Of a stretch of DNA of 64,000 nt, positions 25,221-35,938 are shown one piece after another. The translations under genes and the position numbers were made by a program. This DNA is from Oikopleura dioica (taxonomy: Eukaryota > Animalia > Chordata). The notes beneath the pieces were generated by a model, which was not told the DNA's origin, did not search any database, and saw nothing but the letters and a program-made list of their open reading frames with translations. The first letter of the stretch is position 1. Every line of letters begins with the position of its first letter. The stretch is from NCBI GenBank assembly GCA_907165135.1, contig OU015568.1, forward strand, positions 3,286,001 through 3,350,000. Reading direction: 5' to 3'.

Positions 25221-26456
25221 ATGACAGTTCTATGGCAACTCTCCATGCCCATTGATGACTTGAAAAACGCGAGTCGAGCCAACCTTCAGAAATGGGTTGG
25301 GGAATTCGGCAAGTTCATCGGCGACAACTTTACTGACTCGGAAAAGACCGCCGACGTCAAAGAAGCTTCCGACCGTCTCGCCATCATCTCTGCGCAATTG
25401 CAGTCCATGAAGTCTACCCCAGCCAAATCTGGCGAATCAGCTGCACATCTCGTCGAGATCAGGCATGTATTCGATCTTGAAAAGACCACTGACTTGAGTG
25501 ATGCCGACAAAGTAGAAGTTTGGATCGCCAAGATCAGACAGGCAAAAGTCGACTACATCGACCACTTGGATGATGATAAAAAAGAAGAAGCAGAGAAGGT
25601 CTTGGTCCGTACAGCCAAGAAATACTTTGATGCGTCGGTCAACCAGTCCTTTCATCGCCAAAATCTAAAGACGACCACAGTAGCCGAGCTGCTAGAAGCC
25701 ATCGAAACCATGTACAGTAGCAAGCTGAGCATCTTCCAGGAGCTACGAAGACCGCACGACGTCAAGTTCCAGAAGAATAAGGGCCTCCAAGCCTTCATTT
25801 CCGAGCTCAGCGAGGCACAGAAGCGTGCTTATCGTCAAGTAGAGCGCCTGTATCGCCAAAATGCCGAAGCCGAGAAGGCTGAAGTCATCGACATCACTGC
25901 TTCTTCCGCCGCTTCTGTCAAAGTCGAGGCCGGAGTAGAACCTAAAACTGCTAGTAAGTGTTCTTGCCCTGTTAAAGCGCATGAGCTTTCTGATCTCTAC
26001 AGCGCATGCCTGGCTTACATGAAAATCGCCGAGCTGTATCCGACGGTCGCGCTCAAACTCTGCGACTCCGTTGATTCTTGTCGTTCTCCACAGCAAGTCT
26101 ACAACAAGGCTAAGTTGCTGATTGACCGTTTCCCGGCTAACATGACCAATGAGGATTCCGCTGCTTTCGGCGCCAAGAACGGCTCCTGGAACAAAAAGAA
26201 CTCAAACAGTCAAGGCGACAACAAAAAGCCATCGCTGGAATCGCAACTCCAGGCCCTTATCACGCGTCTTGATGCGATTGAAGGCAAAAATGCAAGCACT
26301 CCAGCAGCACAGTCCAACAACAAGTCCAAAAACAACAAAAAGAAGAGCAATGGCGGAAACCAAACCCAAGCTCGAGCAGCCGGAACTTCGGGCGATGCTC
26401 CAACGGATCCGCCGACACTTCCAAGCTCTTCGAAGGATTTTCGAACCTCATCTTAG
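25221..26456 (+). CDS. gag: Retrotransposon Gag-like protein
   Basis: 411-aa ORF immediately upstream of pol inside the LTRs, with an Asn/Lys-rich C-terminus and no canonical CCHC knuckle. Confidence 0.85.
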   Translation: MTVLWQLSMPIDDLKNASRANLQKWVGEFGKFIGDNFTDSEKTADVKEASDRLAIISAQLQSMKSTPAKSGESAAHLVEIRHVFDLEKTTDLSDADKVEVWIAKIRQAKVDYIDHLDDDKKEEAEKVLVRTAKKYFDASVNQSFHRQNLKTTTVAELLEAIETMYSSKLSIFQELRRPHDVKFQKNKGLQAFISELSEAQKRAYRQVERLYRQNAEAEKAEVIDITASSAASVKVEAGVEPKTASKCSCPVKAHELSDLYSACLAYMKIAELYPTVALKLCDSVDSCRSPQQVYNKAKLLIDRFPANMTNEDSAAFGAKNGSWNKKNSNSQGDNKKPSLESQLQALITRLDAIEGKNASTPAAQSNNKSKNNKKKSNGGNQTQARAAGTSGDAPTDPPTLPSSSKDFRTSS

Positions 26457-26496
26457 ACTCGTGTGCACCTAAGATGAGCAATTCTCTTCGCGCACG
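26435..26496 (+). promoter_or_regulatory. -1 programmed ribosomal frameshift signal (slippery heptamer plus pseudoknot)
   Basis: G_GAT_TTT in the gag frame, 5-nt spacer, 10-bp stem CTCATCTTAG/CTAAGATGAG; loop CGTGTGC can pair with downstream GCGCACG. pol is in the -1 frame and open from the heptamer. Confidence 0.85.
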
Positions 26497-29400
26497 CTCC
26501 AACTGTATTCTTCCGACTCAGCCGTGGTTCATCAATCTGAAACTCACCATCGGCGAGCGTTCTTTCACTGTCAACGATGGCATCTTCGACAACGGTTCCG
26601 ACGATCTGTTGCTGCCAAGCAGGTTCGTTCCTCCTGAGCTCATCCGTGATCTGGACGACTCGGACATTGTCATCAACGGTGTAAACGGCAAAAGCAAGGC
26701 TGTCGGAGAATTCATCACTGACGTTACCATTGGCGACGCTACCTTCAACGACATCAAGGTTATCGTTACCGACCATAAGAATACTCCATGTTTGATTGGT
26801 CGCACGGTAATTGATCATCCTTCTTGTGTCAGTTTTGGGCGAACCGGAACAGAAATCGTGGTTCAACGTCGACTTGGTCCTGGTACCGACATAACGACTC
26901 ATAAGTTCGGAATCAACGGCTACCGCAGTGATCCCTGGAACGCGACGCGAGAAACTTCAAACGCCCAGCTACTTGTTCTTGAGGAACCACCTTCGTCTGG
27001 AACTAATGTACTGAGCGCCGGTACTCATTTACACGGCGAGGGAGGCGAAAATGCGTCCCTGGCTGTCGAATCGAGTTCCACTGCTAGAAAAGACAATGTT
27101 ACTTCTGAACAACCGCCTCATCGAGACAAACCTGATCTAAGCGCAAGTACTGCTGAACTCTGCGCCTGGCTCGAGTCGAAGAAGAATCTGAAACTGCCCA
27201 CCTCCTGGGAAGATGCTCAAGAACTCAGAACGGTTAGCACGCTGTGCGTCGAGTTTGATGACATCTTTGGCAGCGACGACGACCCTTTGGGCGAGTTCAT
27301 TCATCCAGTCCGTATCCCTACAAATGGAAAATCGGCGTCGCGCAAGCAGCACCAGATACAGTTTAGAAACCAAGCTGCAGTCGACGGTAAAATGGACGAA
27401 ATGGACACGACCCGCGTAATCGAACCATGCCCAGATCCAAAAGGCTTCAACACTCCTATCCACGTCGTCGATAAGAAAGATGGAAGTCCACGCGTAGTAG
27501 CCAACTTCAAGGATACACTTAACCGCGTCTTGAAGGACCCTGATCCATACAGCATGCCCTCGCTCCGGGAAATTTTCAACGAAATCCGGCCTGGGAACAT
27601 GTACTTAGCCTCTGTCGACTACCGTAGCGGATATTGGCAGATCCTCATCGACGAGCAAGACCGCCACAAAACCGCGTTCACTTGGCGAGGGAAGACCTGG
27701 CAGTATAGGAAGATGCCGTTTGGACTGACGTGTGCGGGCCAGATATTCAGTCGATGCGTTGGTGAAGCACTCGAGTCCATCACTGACCGCGAAGGACTTT
27801 ACATCTACATCGACGATGTACTGCTGTGTGCACCAACGTTCAGCGCATATGTTCAGAAGCTTCGCAGCCTGTTTGAAGCTACAAGGAAGTTCGGCTTGCG
27901 GCTCCATCCAGGCAAGTGCCATTTTCTGGCGAAATCGGTCAAATTTCTGGGCCGCGTAATTAGTCCAGAAGGTATGAGCATCGATCCTGATCACGCACAA
28001 GGGGTTGACTCGCTCAAACAACCAACAACAAGGACAGAACTTCGATGTCTACTTGGTCGGTTGACCTTTATTCGGGAGTTTCTCGAGACGAGACTTCACG
28101 AGCGCATCGACACGAACTGCTTCTCCCAGCTGGTACACGAGCTCAACAAGTTGAATCGCGACGGTGAATTCTACTGGTCGCCCGAAGCGCAGCGCAAATT
28201 CGACTTGGTGAAGAAGCGACTCAAGACTAGTCCAGTCATCTCCTATCCAGATCCAGAGCGCGACTTCCTATTGGTCACTGACGCTAGCGAAGTTGCTGTT
28301 GGCGCCGTTTTGCTCCAGCTCGTCGACGGAAAAGAGAAGATTGTTGGCGTCGCATCTCGCACGTTCACAGCTGTAGAAACCAGGTGGTCAACGACCGAAA
28401 GGGAGGCCTACGGAATCTTATTCGGCATTCGCCGATTTGATTACTTCCTTCGCGGTCGTCCGTTTGTCGTCAAATGCGACCATGCAGCCCTCCAGTACAT
28501 TGATTCTGTCGACCACAAAAACGCGAAGCTTAGCCGATGGATGGATGAGCTATCTTCGTACAGGTTTATTGTGGAATACATCCCAGGTGAGCAAAACGTC
28601 TGGGCTGACTTCTTCTCTCGGCCATTTGGGCTCAAGAAACCAGTCCACAAGGATGTTCACGTGCCAGCCGGGAAGTTTGCAGACTTCGGAAATGGTCTGC
28701 GCGCCTACGTCCCAAGTTGGTGTACTAAACAGCAAGTTAGTTGCCCTGTTGGTACATCTGAGAAGCTCCTTACAGAAGGACTTACCAGTGCTTTCATCAC
28801 TAGAAGCGGCAGTTTCATCCTCAACACCCGCGTCGAGGACTACTTCAAACTCGCCAGCGATCAGCGCGCCGACTTCAGCATCGGTGGCCTCATCAAAGCA
28901 GTTACCAGCTTCCAGCGAGAGCCAAAGTCGATCCAACTTGACAGGAAAGATCACAACTACGACATTTTCCGCGTCAACTGGCCACATTTCAAAATTTGCC
29001 AGCGCACAGATCTTCTGCTCCATGTTAAGGACGGCAAGCATCGCCAGGTTCTCCCTCCAGAGCATGTTCGCCGGCTTCTCCGCATTTCCCATGATGATTC
29101 AGCTCATCCAGGCGCCAGTCGAGTCGCTGATTCTCTAGAATCGTATTGGTGGCCCAGCATGGATGATGACATCAAAAACTACGTCGCCTCGTGTGTCATT
29201 TGTGCCAAGAAGAAAGGTAACCAAGGTCACATCTCGTCCCCAAACATCGGTCACTGTAAACGCGGCGAGAGACCCTTCGAAGTCATCTACATTGACTTTA
29301 CCGTCTTCGACAAGTGTAACGGCAAGCGCTTCGTTTGTACAATTCTCGACAGCTTCACCCGCTATTTCATCGCCAAGGTCGTTCCCGGCGAGCGCGCGAT

Positions 29401-30541
29401 CGATGCTGCTCGTACAATAGTCGACGAAGTTGTTCTGCGGCACCAGATCATTCCGAAGATCGTCTCCAGCGATCGCGGTACTGCATTCGTCTCCGCTACA
29501 ATGGATGAGATGACTAAGCAGCTGGGCATCGTCGCAAAACAGCATACTGCCTATCGCCCACAGAGCACAGGAAACCTGGAACGAGCCCACCGCAGCTTCA
29601 AGTCCTTCGTTTTCATGCTACAACACGAGCGAAACATGACTTGGATCGATGCAGTACCATACGCGTGCGCCTACATGAACAGCCACAAGAATTCTGGTAC
29701 AGGTCAGTCGCCACATTCTCTAGTTACTGGTCGCCGACCGCGTCTCACTGTCCAAGAAACCATCCACGATCCCGATTTGAGCTCGTCTTCTCCATCTACT
29801 TATGGTAAGATGATCCGAGAACGTCTTCAACTTCTCCACTCACTCGCAAAAGTCGCCAACAAGGCCGCGGATGAAGCGCTGGAAAGAAAGTTGAACAAGG
29901 CTCATCGTGCTCGACCACTCAATTCTGGAGACCAGGTTACTCTGTTCCGCCCGGTCGCCAAAGCAGCAAAGTCCAAAGGATACGACTGGATTGGACCGTT
30001 CGAAGTCGTTACTGCATCTGAACATGTTGTCAAAATCAAGGATCAGAAGCAGAATTACGACTGGGTTCACCGCGCGCACTTGCGTTACGTACCTGACAGA
30101 CTGGCTCATCTTCGAAATTCCGAGTTGCAGCGTGAGCTCGAAATACTAGAATCTTCTGGCTCCGACTCGCTCAACTCTGATGAAAATCGTCCAGAAAATG
30201 CAGCTGGAACTTATTCGGAAGGTCACGATTTACTTCCAAAACTTGGGAGGCCGACTGAGAAAAATGTAAGTTCCGGAAGCAAAAAGCGGAAAGCTGGACC
30301 TACCTCAACGCAAACTCGACCGAAACGACCTCGCTCCGCAACTTTGGATCCTCCAGCTTCGTCGAATTCTTCTCGCCGAGCTTCACAAACTTCTCTTGAT
30401 CTTTCTGGAACTACTTCGGGACCGATTCCGGCGCTTGTCGAACATTTCTCTAAATTAGAAGCAAGTAGACAGCGAAAATCTAGCAGGAATCGCAAAAAGA
30501 CAAGCAGAATTGAAGTTGATCCGAAGAAAAAGTCGTATTAG
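26474..30541 (+). CDS. pol: Pol polyprotein: protease, RT, RNase H, integrase (true start via frameshift at ~26435)
   Basis: IFDNGS protease-like motif, MPFGL and YIDD in RT, TDAS in RNase H, integrase H..H..CxxC and D,D(35)E (IDFT / SDRG / LERAH), GPF module; gypsy domain order. Confidence 0.97.
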   Translation: MSNSLRARSNCILPTQPWFINLKLTIGERSFTVNDGIFDNGSDDLLLPSRFVPPELIRDLDDSDIVINGVNGKSKAVGEFITDVTIGDATFNDIKVIVTDHKNTPCLIGRTVIDHPSCVSFGRTGTEIVVQRRLGPGTDITTHKFGINGYRSDPWNATRETSNAQLLVLEEPPSSGTNVLSAGTHLHGEGGENASLAVESSSTARKDNVTSEQPPHRDKPDLSASTAELCAWLESKKNLKLPTSWEDAQELRTVSTLCVEFDDIFGSDDDPLGEFIHPVRIPTNGKSASRKQHQIQFRNQAAVDGKMDEMDTTRVIEPCPDPKGFNTPIHVVDKKDGSPRVVANFKDTLNRVLKDPDPYSMPSLREIFNEIRPGNMYLASVDYRSGYWQILIDEQDRHKTAFTWRGKTWQYRKMPFGLTCAGQIFSRCVGEALESITDREGLYIYIDDVLLCAPTFSAYVQKLRSLFEATRKFGLRLHPGKCHFLAKSVKFLGRVISPEGMSIDPDHAQGVDSLKQPTTRTELRCLLGRLTFIREFLETRLHERIDTNCFSQLVHELNKLNRDGEFYWSPEAQRKFDLVKKRLKTSPVISYPDPERDFLLVTDASEVAVGAVLLQLVDGKEKIVGVASRTFTAVETRWSTTEREAYGILFGIRRFDYFLRGRPFVVKCDHAALQYIDSVDHKNAKLSRWMDELSSYRFIVEYIPGEQNVWADFFSRPFGLKKPVHKDVHVPAGKFADFGNGLRAYVPSWCTKQQVSCPVGTSEKLLTEGLTSAFITRSGSFILNTRVEDYFKLASDQRADFSIGGLIKAVTSFQREPKSIQLDRKDHNYDIFRVNWPHFKICQRTDLLLHVKDGKHRQVLPPEHVRRLLRISHDDSAHPGASRVADSLESYWWPSMDDDIKNYVASCVICAKKKGNQGHISSPNIGHCKRGERPFEVIYIDFTVFDKCNGKRFVCTILDSFTRYFIAKVVPGERAIDAARTIVDEVVLRHQIIPKIVSSDRGTAFVSATMDEMTKQLGIVAKQHTAYRPQSTGNLERAHRSFKSFVFMLQHERNMTWIDAVPYACAYMNSHKNSGTGQSPHSLVTGRRPRLTVQETIHDPDLSSSSPSTYGKMIRERLQLLHSLAKVANKAADEALERKLNKAHRARPLNSGDQVTLFRPVAKAAKSKGYDWIGPFEVVTASEHVVKIKDQKQNYDWVHRAHLRYVPDRLAHLRNSELQRELEILESSGSDSLNSDENRPENAAGTYSEGHDLLPKLGRPTEKNVSSGSKKRKAGPTSTQTRPKRPRSATLDPPASSNSSRRASQTSLDLSGTTSGPIPALVEHFSKLEASRQRKSSRNRKKTSRIEVDPKKKSY

Positions 30542-30769
30542 CTCTACTCGTCTCTGATCGGCTGAGCGCGCCGTCACTGACTCATCAAAATCGTCGGGCA
30601 AAAGTCTGCGCTCTCCGAGTTCTCTGCATCTGGCTGCGCTGTGATTCGCTCTTTCGCGCGCCGCTGACTCATCGCCGGCTGCTCCGTTCCTACTCTCATC
30701 TGCTGCTACTCCTCTGCTACTCATCACCTCTACACTTCTTCCTTCTTTTCTAGAGTCTCCAATCGTCAG

Positions 30770-30791
30770 AAGACTTGAAGACTGGGGGAGC
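30770..30791 (+). promoter_or_regulatory. Polypurine tract
   Basis: Purine-rich AAGACTTGAAGACTGGGGGAGC directly before the 3' LTR. Confidence 0.75.
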
Positions 30792-30998
30792 TGTTAGGTC
30801 AGCAAGAAGCCGTTATGATCTGATAAGGATCGAGGCGCCGCCGCTGTTTTTGCACTGCACTCAGTTCTATCTAACTCAACTTGAAATACACACCTATTTC
30901 CAGTTATACTCGAAGATTATTCTAGAGAGCCGCAGGATCTATTAGAGAAGCAACGATACTTAGTGTAGTGGGAATCAGGAGCTATTCCTGACCTATCA
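30792..30998 (+). repeat. 3' LTR
   Basis: Matches the 5' LTR; followed by the TSD CATTG. Confidence 0.97.
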
Positions 30999-31014
30999 CA
31001 TTGTTTATTCAGTA

Positions 31015-32422
31015 TCACGAGTATTCAAAATATCTGCCGCCACGTGACCTATTTTTGTACATTTTAAACAGCACGATGCCAGCAACAAAAGTCAGCCCTA
31101 GAATGCATCCAACAATCCAAGTGAATAAAAGGTCTTCTTTATGCTTTTTTAGGGCGCTCGCGACTTTTTGAAAAATATCAATTGTTCCATTTGTGAGATT
31201 TTTTCGTATTTCCGTCAATCGGCTTGTTGAAATTTGTGATTGATTGAAGGAAGAGTCCAAGACGCAGGAATTTCCAACAGAGAGGTAGCCGAACTCGCAG
31301 GCACATTTCGGCAAGTCCGAGTTTTTCTAGAGCTTACTGTTACCCTGCGTTTATGAACTTGCTTTACTTGATTGAAACAAAGTTGATCACAAGGATTTTC
31401 TCCAAAACAAGCATCACGAAAATGTACTTCTTCAAGCTCATTGTCGTCATCATCGAAATTATCTTCTTCGAAATAATCAAAGCATTCAAATTGAGCTTTT
31501 TTGACGAAGAAAATCTTCTCGAGGAGCTCTTCAAAATCATCGACGTGGATTATGTAGTCGATCGTTCTCTCTATTTCGTGATGAGAAAGGTTCAAATCAA
31601 AGTCACCTAAAAACCGGTCATTTTTTGACGAATAAAAATGAGTTCATTACCAACAGCTAGGATGAAAATTTCGACTCCGATTGATTTTGCAATTTTTAAT
31701 TCTTCAACTGCCAGTTTCGGTTCTGTAAATTCGCCGTCTGTAATAATGACGATTGCCTTCTTTGAGTTCTGATTTTTCTCGTCACGTGGGCAGCTTGAAA
31801 ACTCAGTCATTGCTTTTCGAAGGCCAAAGTGAACATTCGTCTGGTCTTCAAAAGTATGCTCCAGTCTTTCCGAAAATTGTTAGTTTTCTACAATAGAAAA
31901 AAAGTTACCGAAAAAGGTTTTCTTTGATTTTAGAGTAGGACTGTTCTTCATTCAGACGATGGGAAATGAAAGCAGATGATCCGTAGCGAATGAGAGAGAT
32001 TCTAGTGTTGAAATCATCGATAGGGAAAAGAACGGAACTCATTTTCTCAATGCTATCTTTTTGCAGATTCCAGCTCTTCTCGGAAATCGAACGGCTAAAA
32101 TTTAATCAGGGAATCTTTCAATCTTCCTCTTTTACCTTGAATCGAGTAAAAAGACCAGATCAAGCGGTCTGGACTCGCATAAAAGTGGCTTCTTTTTCGA
32201 GACTTCTTCGATTTCATCCTCGTTTTCTCCACTAAAAATCTGCACGTGATCGAGGTCAACTTGATCTTCTGGAATTTTCAACGTCTCTTTTTGATCATTA
32301 CTTTCGACAATCACTGTAAATGTCGATGTATAGTGATGCTCTGTAAAAAGCGTTATGTATTTTTGGAAACCGCTTTCTGATTTGACTACTGAAAAGAGGG
32401 TTGAAAGAAAAAGAACTTTCAT
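31015..32422 (-). CDS. Type I membrane protein with VWA and EGF-like domains (copy 1)
   Basis: Signal peptide MKVLFLSTLFSVVKS, LDLVFLLDSS.S MIDAS motif, IVIITDG, EGF-like NPCDQLC...CACEFGY, TM LLFTWIVGCILGLTFVAGIVLF. Confidence 0.8.
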
Positions 32423-33355
32423 TTTGTGAATTTTCCACGACGAGGTGGATTCGAATTGAAAAGGGAGGAGTGAGTCAATGAGCAAATATGACAATCATTC
32501 AAAAAAGGATGAATCCTCTTTTTTGTCAATAAATTCAAGTTTAAAATGAACAATGGAATAAAATAAAGTTTATGGTAAAAAATTTTCTGCCCACTTTTTG
32601 TTCAGTAGATTCCCAAGGCTTTCAAAGACCCGTGGCAAAAAGCAGTATTCGTTGGTGTTGTTGAAGAGCTCTCAAAGTTGGAAGTGCGCTTTGTAAGTCG
32701 CCCGGTAAAGTGGCAATTTTCGTCGATTTAGTTGCTGCAATCGACTATTTGATCGAGAGGCCCAACAATGGGAATCGAGAAAGATATCCGGAAAAAGATC
32801 CGTTCTCCCAGGCATATAAATACAACCTCCTTTCCAAAATGATATTCAGTGAAATAACCGTCCGATTTTTCCATTTTTTGCTTGATAAAGATTGTGATTT
32901 TCGAGAAAAATTGTTTGTCAACTTTCTCGCCCGAGGGCAAGTGTGACAAGGCCTCGAGCCAACGAGAGAATATGCTCAGGCAAACAAACAACCAATCAAA
33001 AGATTCCAAGAGAAACTTTCACATTTTTTCGCCTCGACTCGCGAATCTCTGCAGGCAACTTGTGGGGCGGAGAAAAGACTCGCACAAGTTAGAGGCGGAG
33101 ATTTCCAAGTCGATGGTGGTAAGCTTCGAAATTCAGCCTAAAATAACTGATCACGTGACGCTGGTTAATCTCACCTGGCATATGCATTTTCAAGGAAATA
33201 GAATGCTTATGTTAGTGAGGCTGCCCGGAATCATTAAAAATCGACGCTATGGGAATTGACTCTTCCGGTCTACTAATTTTTCTGCGAATAAAAATGACTC
33301 TTCCATCTGTCACTCTTCCATGTCTTCGTTTGCCGGCTTCCACGGAATTCTGAAA

Positions 33356-34926
33356 ATGAAAATTCCCATTTTTGCTCCAATTTTTCTCAAGGATTCAATT
33401 CTCGCCCAACTTTGTCCGTAATTCTTCTCCTTTTTGATCAACTCCTTTCAATTTTTTCTAGAGATCAAGATCTGGGAGATCTCTGCGAGTCTAATTGCAA
33501 AGAAGATCTCCTCTCTTGCTTAGAGAACTGCTCAACAGCCGCTTGTCAAGAAGAATGTTATCTGACTGACGTTCTTTGCGAGACAAAATGTCCCTGTAAC
33601 ATCTACTGTCCAAACGGATGTGAAGGTTGCGAACACCCTCTTTGCAATCAGCCCAGTTGTTTTGAAGAAAACGAGCTTGAATACGCCAACTGTGTTGAAT
33701 CAGTCAAGGATAAGCTTTCAACTTGCTACGATGACTGCACTAATGAGCTGGAAATTGACTGCTATTCTGCCTGTAATGACGAGAGTCTTGCAAACATTGA
33801 AAAGTGTCCGTGCATGAGCGGCTGCGACACCGGATGTCCTTGCGAAAACTATACCTGCTCCGGGACAAGCAGAAGACTTACACATCTCGGTGTGTCCTGG
33901 CAGTACCCAAATTACCCGCCGGTTTTTTATATGACGGATAATATGGGGCTGTCAATGGATACGGTTGAGTACGAATTTGTCGACAAGTATACTAATAGGC
34001 GCGGCTCGTTATATTTTGATCTATTCAGCGGTGGGCAAAATTATCAAAGTTGTTGCCCCCTATTTACCCTCTTGATGTCTTAGCTGGTTAAAAAGAGCCA
34101 GAAAAAAGCCTGATCTATGCAGATTTTGCTTTTCTACGCGGCGTTCTGTACATTTTCGGCGGCGATGATTACGAGTACAGCGTTCAAAAAATGAACGACG
34201 ATTGCACCATCGAGAAGGTAGACATCCGTCCAAAATATGGCCATCGAAGTATCGCGGGCATCGAGACGTTTGATGACAAAATCTGGCTGTGCTTTTACGA
34301 GTACAAAAAGTGTCAGTATTTCGATGGAGAAACGTTCGAAATCGCTGATGGAAGGACTGCTGATGATCATAACTATGGATCGCTTTGTACGTACGAGAAT
34401 AATCTCGTGGGAATAGGAGGTTTGGGAAGCAACAAAGTCAGTACCGAGCTCTACTTTGGCGACTAGGGTCTGCAAAAATACGTAGTTCTATGTTGATTTG
34501 CGAACATTTTGAAGACCCTAGCTTAGCGGAGCTTGGCTGAAACCAGCTGGTACTGATCACCCAGTCGGCCATGCGAAGGGAGAATGCTTGACTTTGGAAG
34601 ATGGAGTCTTGACAATGGCAGGAGAAGAAGGGAAGGAGATCTACCTCCTACGGGATCTCAAATGGTCGAATGTCGGAAGACTTCTTACTGTAAGTTTCAC
34701 TGTCTAGAACTGACGAATAGCGAGAGTTAAGGCTGTAACTGTCCCAACATTGGTGAGACTCGACGATGAGCTGATTCTTTTCGCCGGTTCCTTCACTCAA
34801 GATGTTCAAAAAATGATCTGGAATGGAGAAACAATTGAAGATGTCGAAATTATCTTCGAGCAACCAGAAGAGAAAATCTTTACTCCAATAGTTTTCGAGA
34901 GTTTTTCGAATAAATGCAAAGCTTGA
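33356..34926 (+). CDS. Secreted protein: Cys-rich N-terminal repeats plus kelch-like beta-propeller (copy 1)
   Basis: Signal peptide MKIPIFAPIFL, two CPCxxxCPxGC-type modules, then LYIFGG / LVGIGG kelch-like blades. Confidence 0.7.
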
Positions 34927-35008
34927 ATTTTAAGCCTTAAAATTAACTAAACATATTTTACTGAAATAAATCGTTTGGGAACAGAGGGAAGAAATTGTGA
35001 GCAACAGT

Positions 35009-35278
35009 CTATTTTATGTTCATTTGATTTCTGTAGTTCGATCGAATTCGATTTCGGAGAGAGGATCTGTCGCGATTTTTACGGTTCCGTCGGCTGGAAA
35101 GGAGTCGCGCGTTTTTGTTACCAAAGTAACCCATTTCGGTGATTCTCCATTTCCGCATTTGAGAGTTTATATTGCTTCGGAGGTGGTGCATCGCATTGTT
35201 GAGATATCGCTGGTAGCTTATTCCATCCGAGGCGACAAAAGAGACGACAAGAGCGTGAAAAAAAGATCGAAGTTGCAT
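35009..35278 (-). CDS. Small secreted Arg/Asn-rich cationic peptide (copy 1)
   Basis: Intronless 89-aa ORF: hydrophobic N-terminus MQLRSFFHALVVSFVAS, then a highly basic tail. Confidence 0.5.
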   Translation of the reverse strand: MQLRSFFHALVVSFVASDGISYQRYLNNAMHHLRSNINSQMRKWRITEMGYFGNKNARLLSSRRNRKNRDRSSLRNRIRSNYRNQMNIK

Positions 35279-35583
35279 ATTTATTTTTTGCTTTTGCTTT
35301 TGTTGCTCTCTATATTTCGCTAAAAATACTTGCAATGTCTAAAAAGTTTCTTTGCAAAGGCATTTTAAATTACTGGCAAATATTGAATTTCTACTGAAAA
35401 CAAGTGGTCCCAGCGGGAGATCCACGAATTCATCGACTGTCATCAGCAACATCGTCTCTGGGAGGGGGTCTGGATTTCGGTCGAAATTAAATTCCTTCGC
35501 TCTAGGTCAAGGCCGCTTCGAAAATTCAAACAAGGAAGTCGCTCTGCTTCGGCTTCCTGACCCAATTCATAGTCGCTTGCGAA

Positions 35584-35805
35584 CAGGGATGTACATTCGC
35601 AGTGGGGAAATCGCAGAAATCTTCGCAGTGCGACCTGCGAACTGCGGAATTTCGCACTTCGCAGCGCAGTCAGAGCACATGTATGCACATCGCACCGCAG
35701 TCCGCAGTTTTAGCAGAATTTTCGAAAACTGCGATTTTTCCACAGTCATTTTCCGCAGTTATTGATTAATCTCGCAGTTCGCAGACTGCGGATTCTGCGG
35801 TTATT
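35584..35805. repeat. CGCAG/CTGCG motif-rich repeat (MITE-like remnant)
   Basis: More than ten CGCAG/CTGCG/CGCAC motifs in both orientations; begins CAGGG. Duplicated at ~44779-45000. Confidence 0.45.
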
Positions 35806-35938
35806 TTCGAGCAATTTTTTCAAGTTTTTCTCTTGTGAATTAATGGAAATACACGAAAAATAGGGCGTAGTAAGAGTGGACTCCGTTTGTCCAAGTCGCC
35901 GCTCGCCCAACTTGATCAAACTTTAAATCAAAAAAGAA

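Larger units (their letters stand above)
24221..30998 (+). mobile_element. Full-length Ty3/gypsy (Tor-like) LTR retrotransposon without env
   Basis: Two apparently identical 207-bp LTRs (TG...CA, imperfect terminal IR TGTTAGGTCAG/CTGACCTATCA). 5-bp TSD CATTG at 24216-24220 and 30999-31003; TGG-initiated PBS-like sequence; PPT; intact gag and pol. Confidence 0.97.

Noticed and set aside
25286-30727. Many antisense or overlapping ORFs within gag-pol
   Set aside because: Shadow ORFs expected from GC-richer coding sequence; no motifs.
30541-30791. env gene between pol and the 3' LTR
   Set aside because: Only ~250 bp, with no plus-strand ORF encoding a signal peptide or TM segment.
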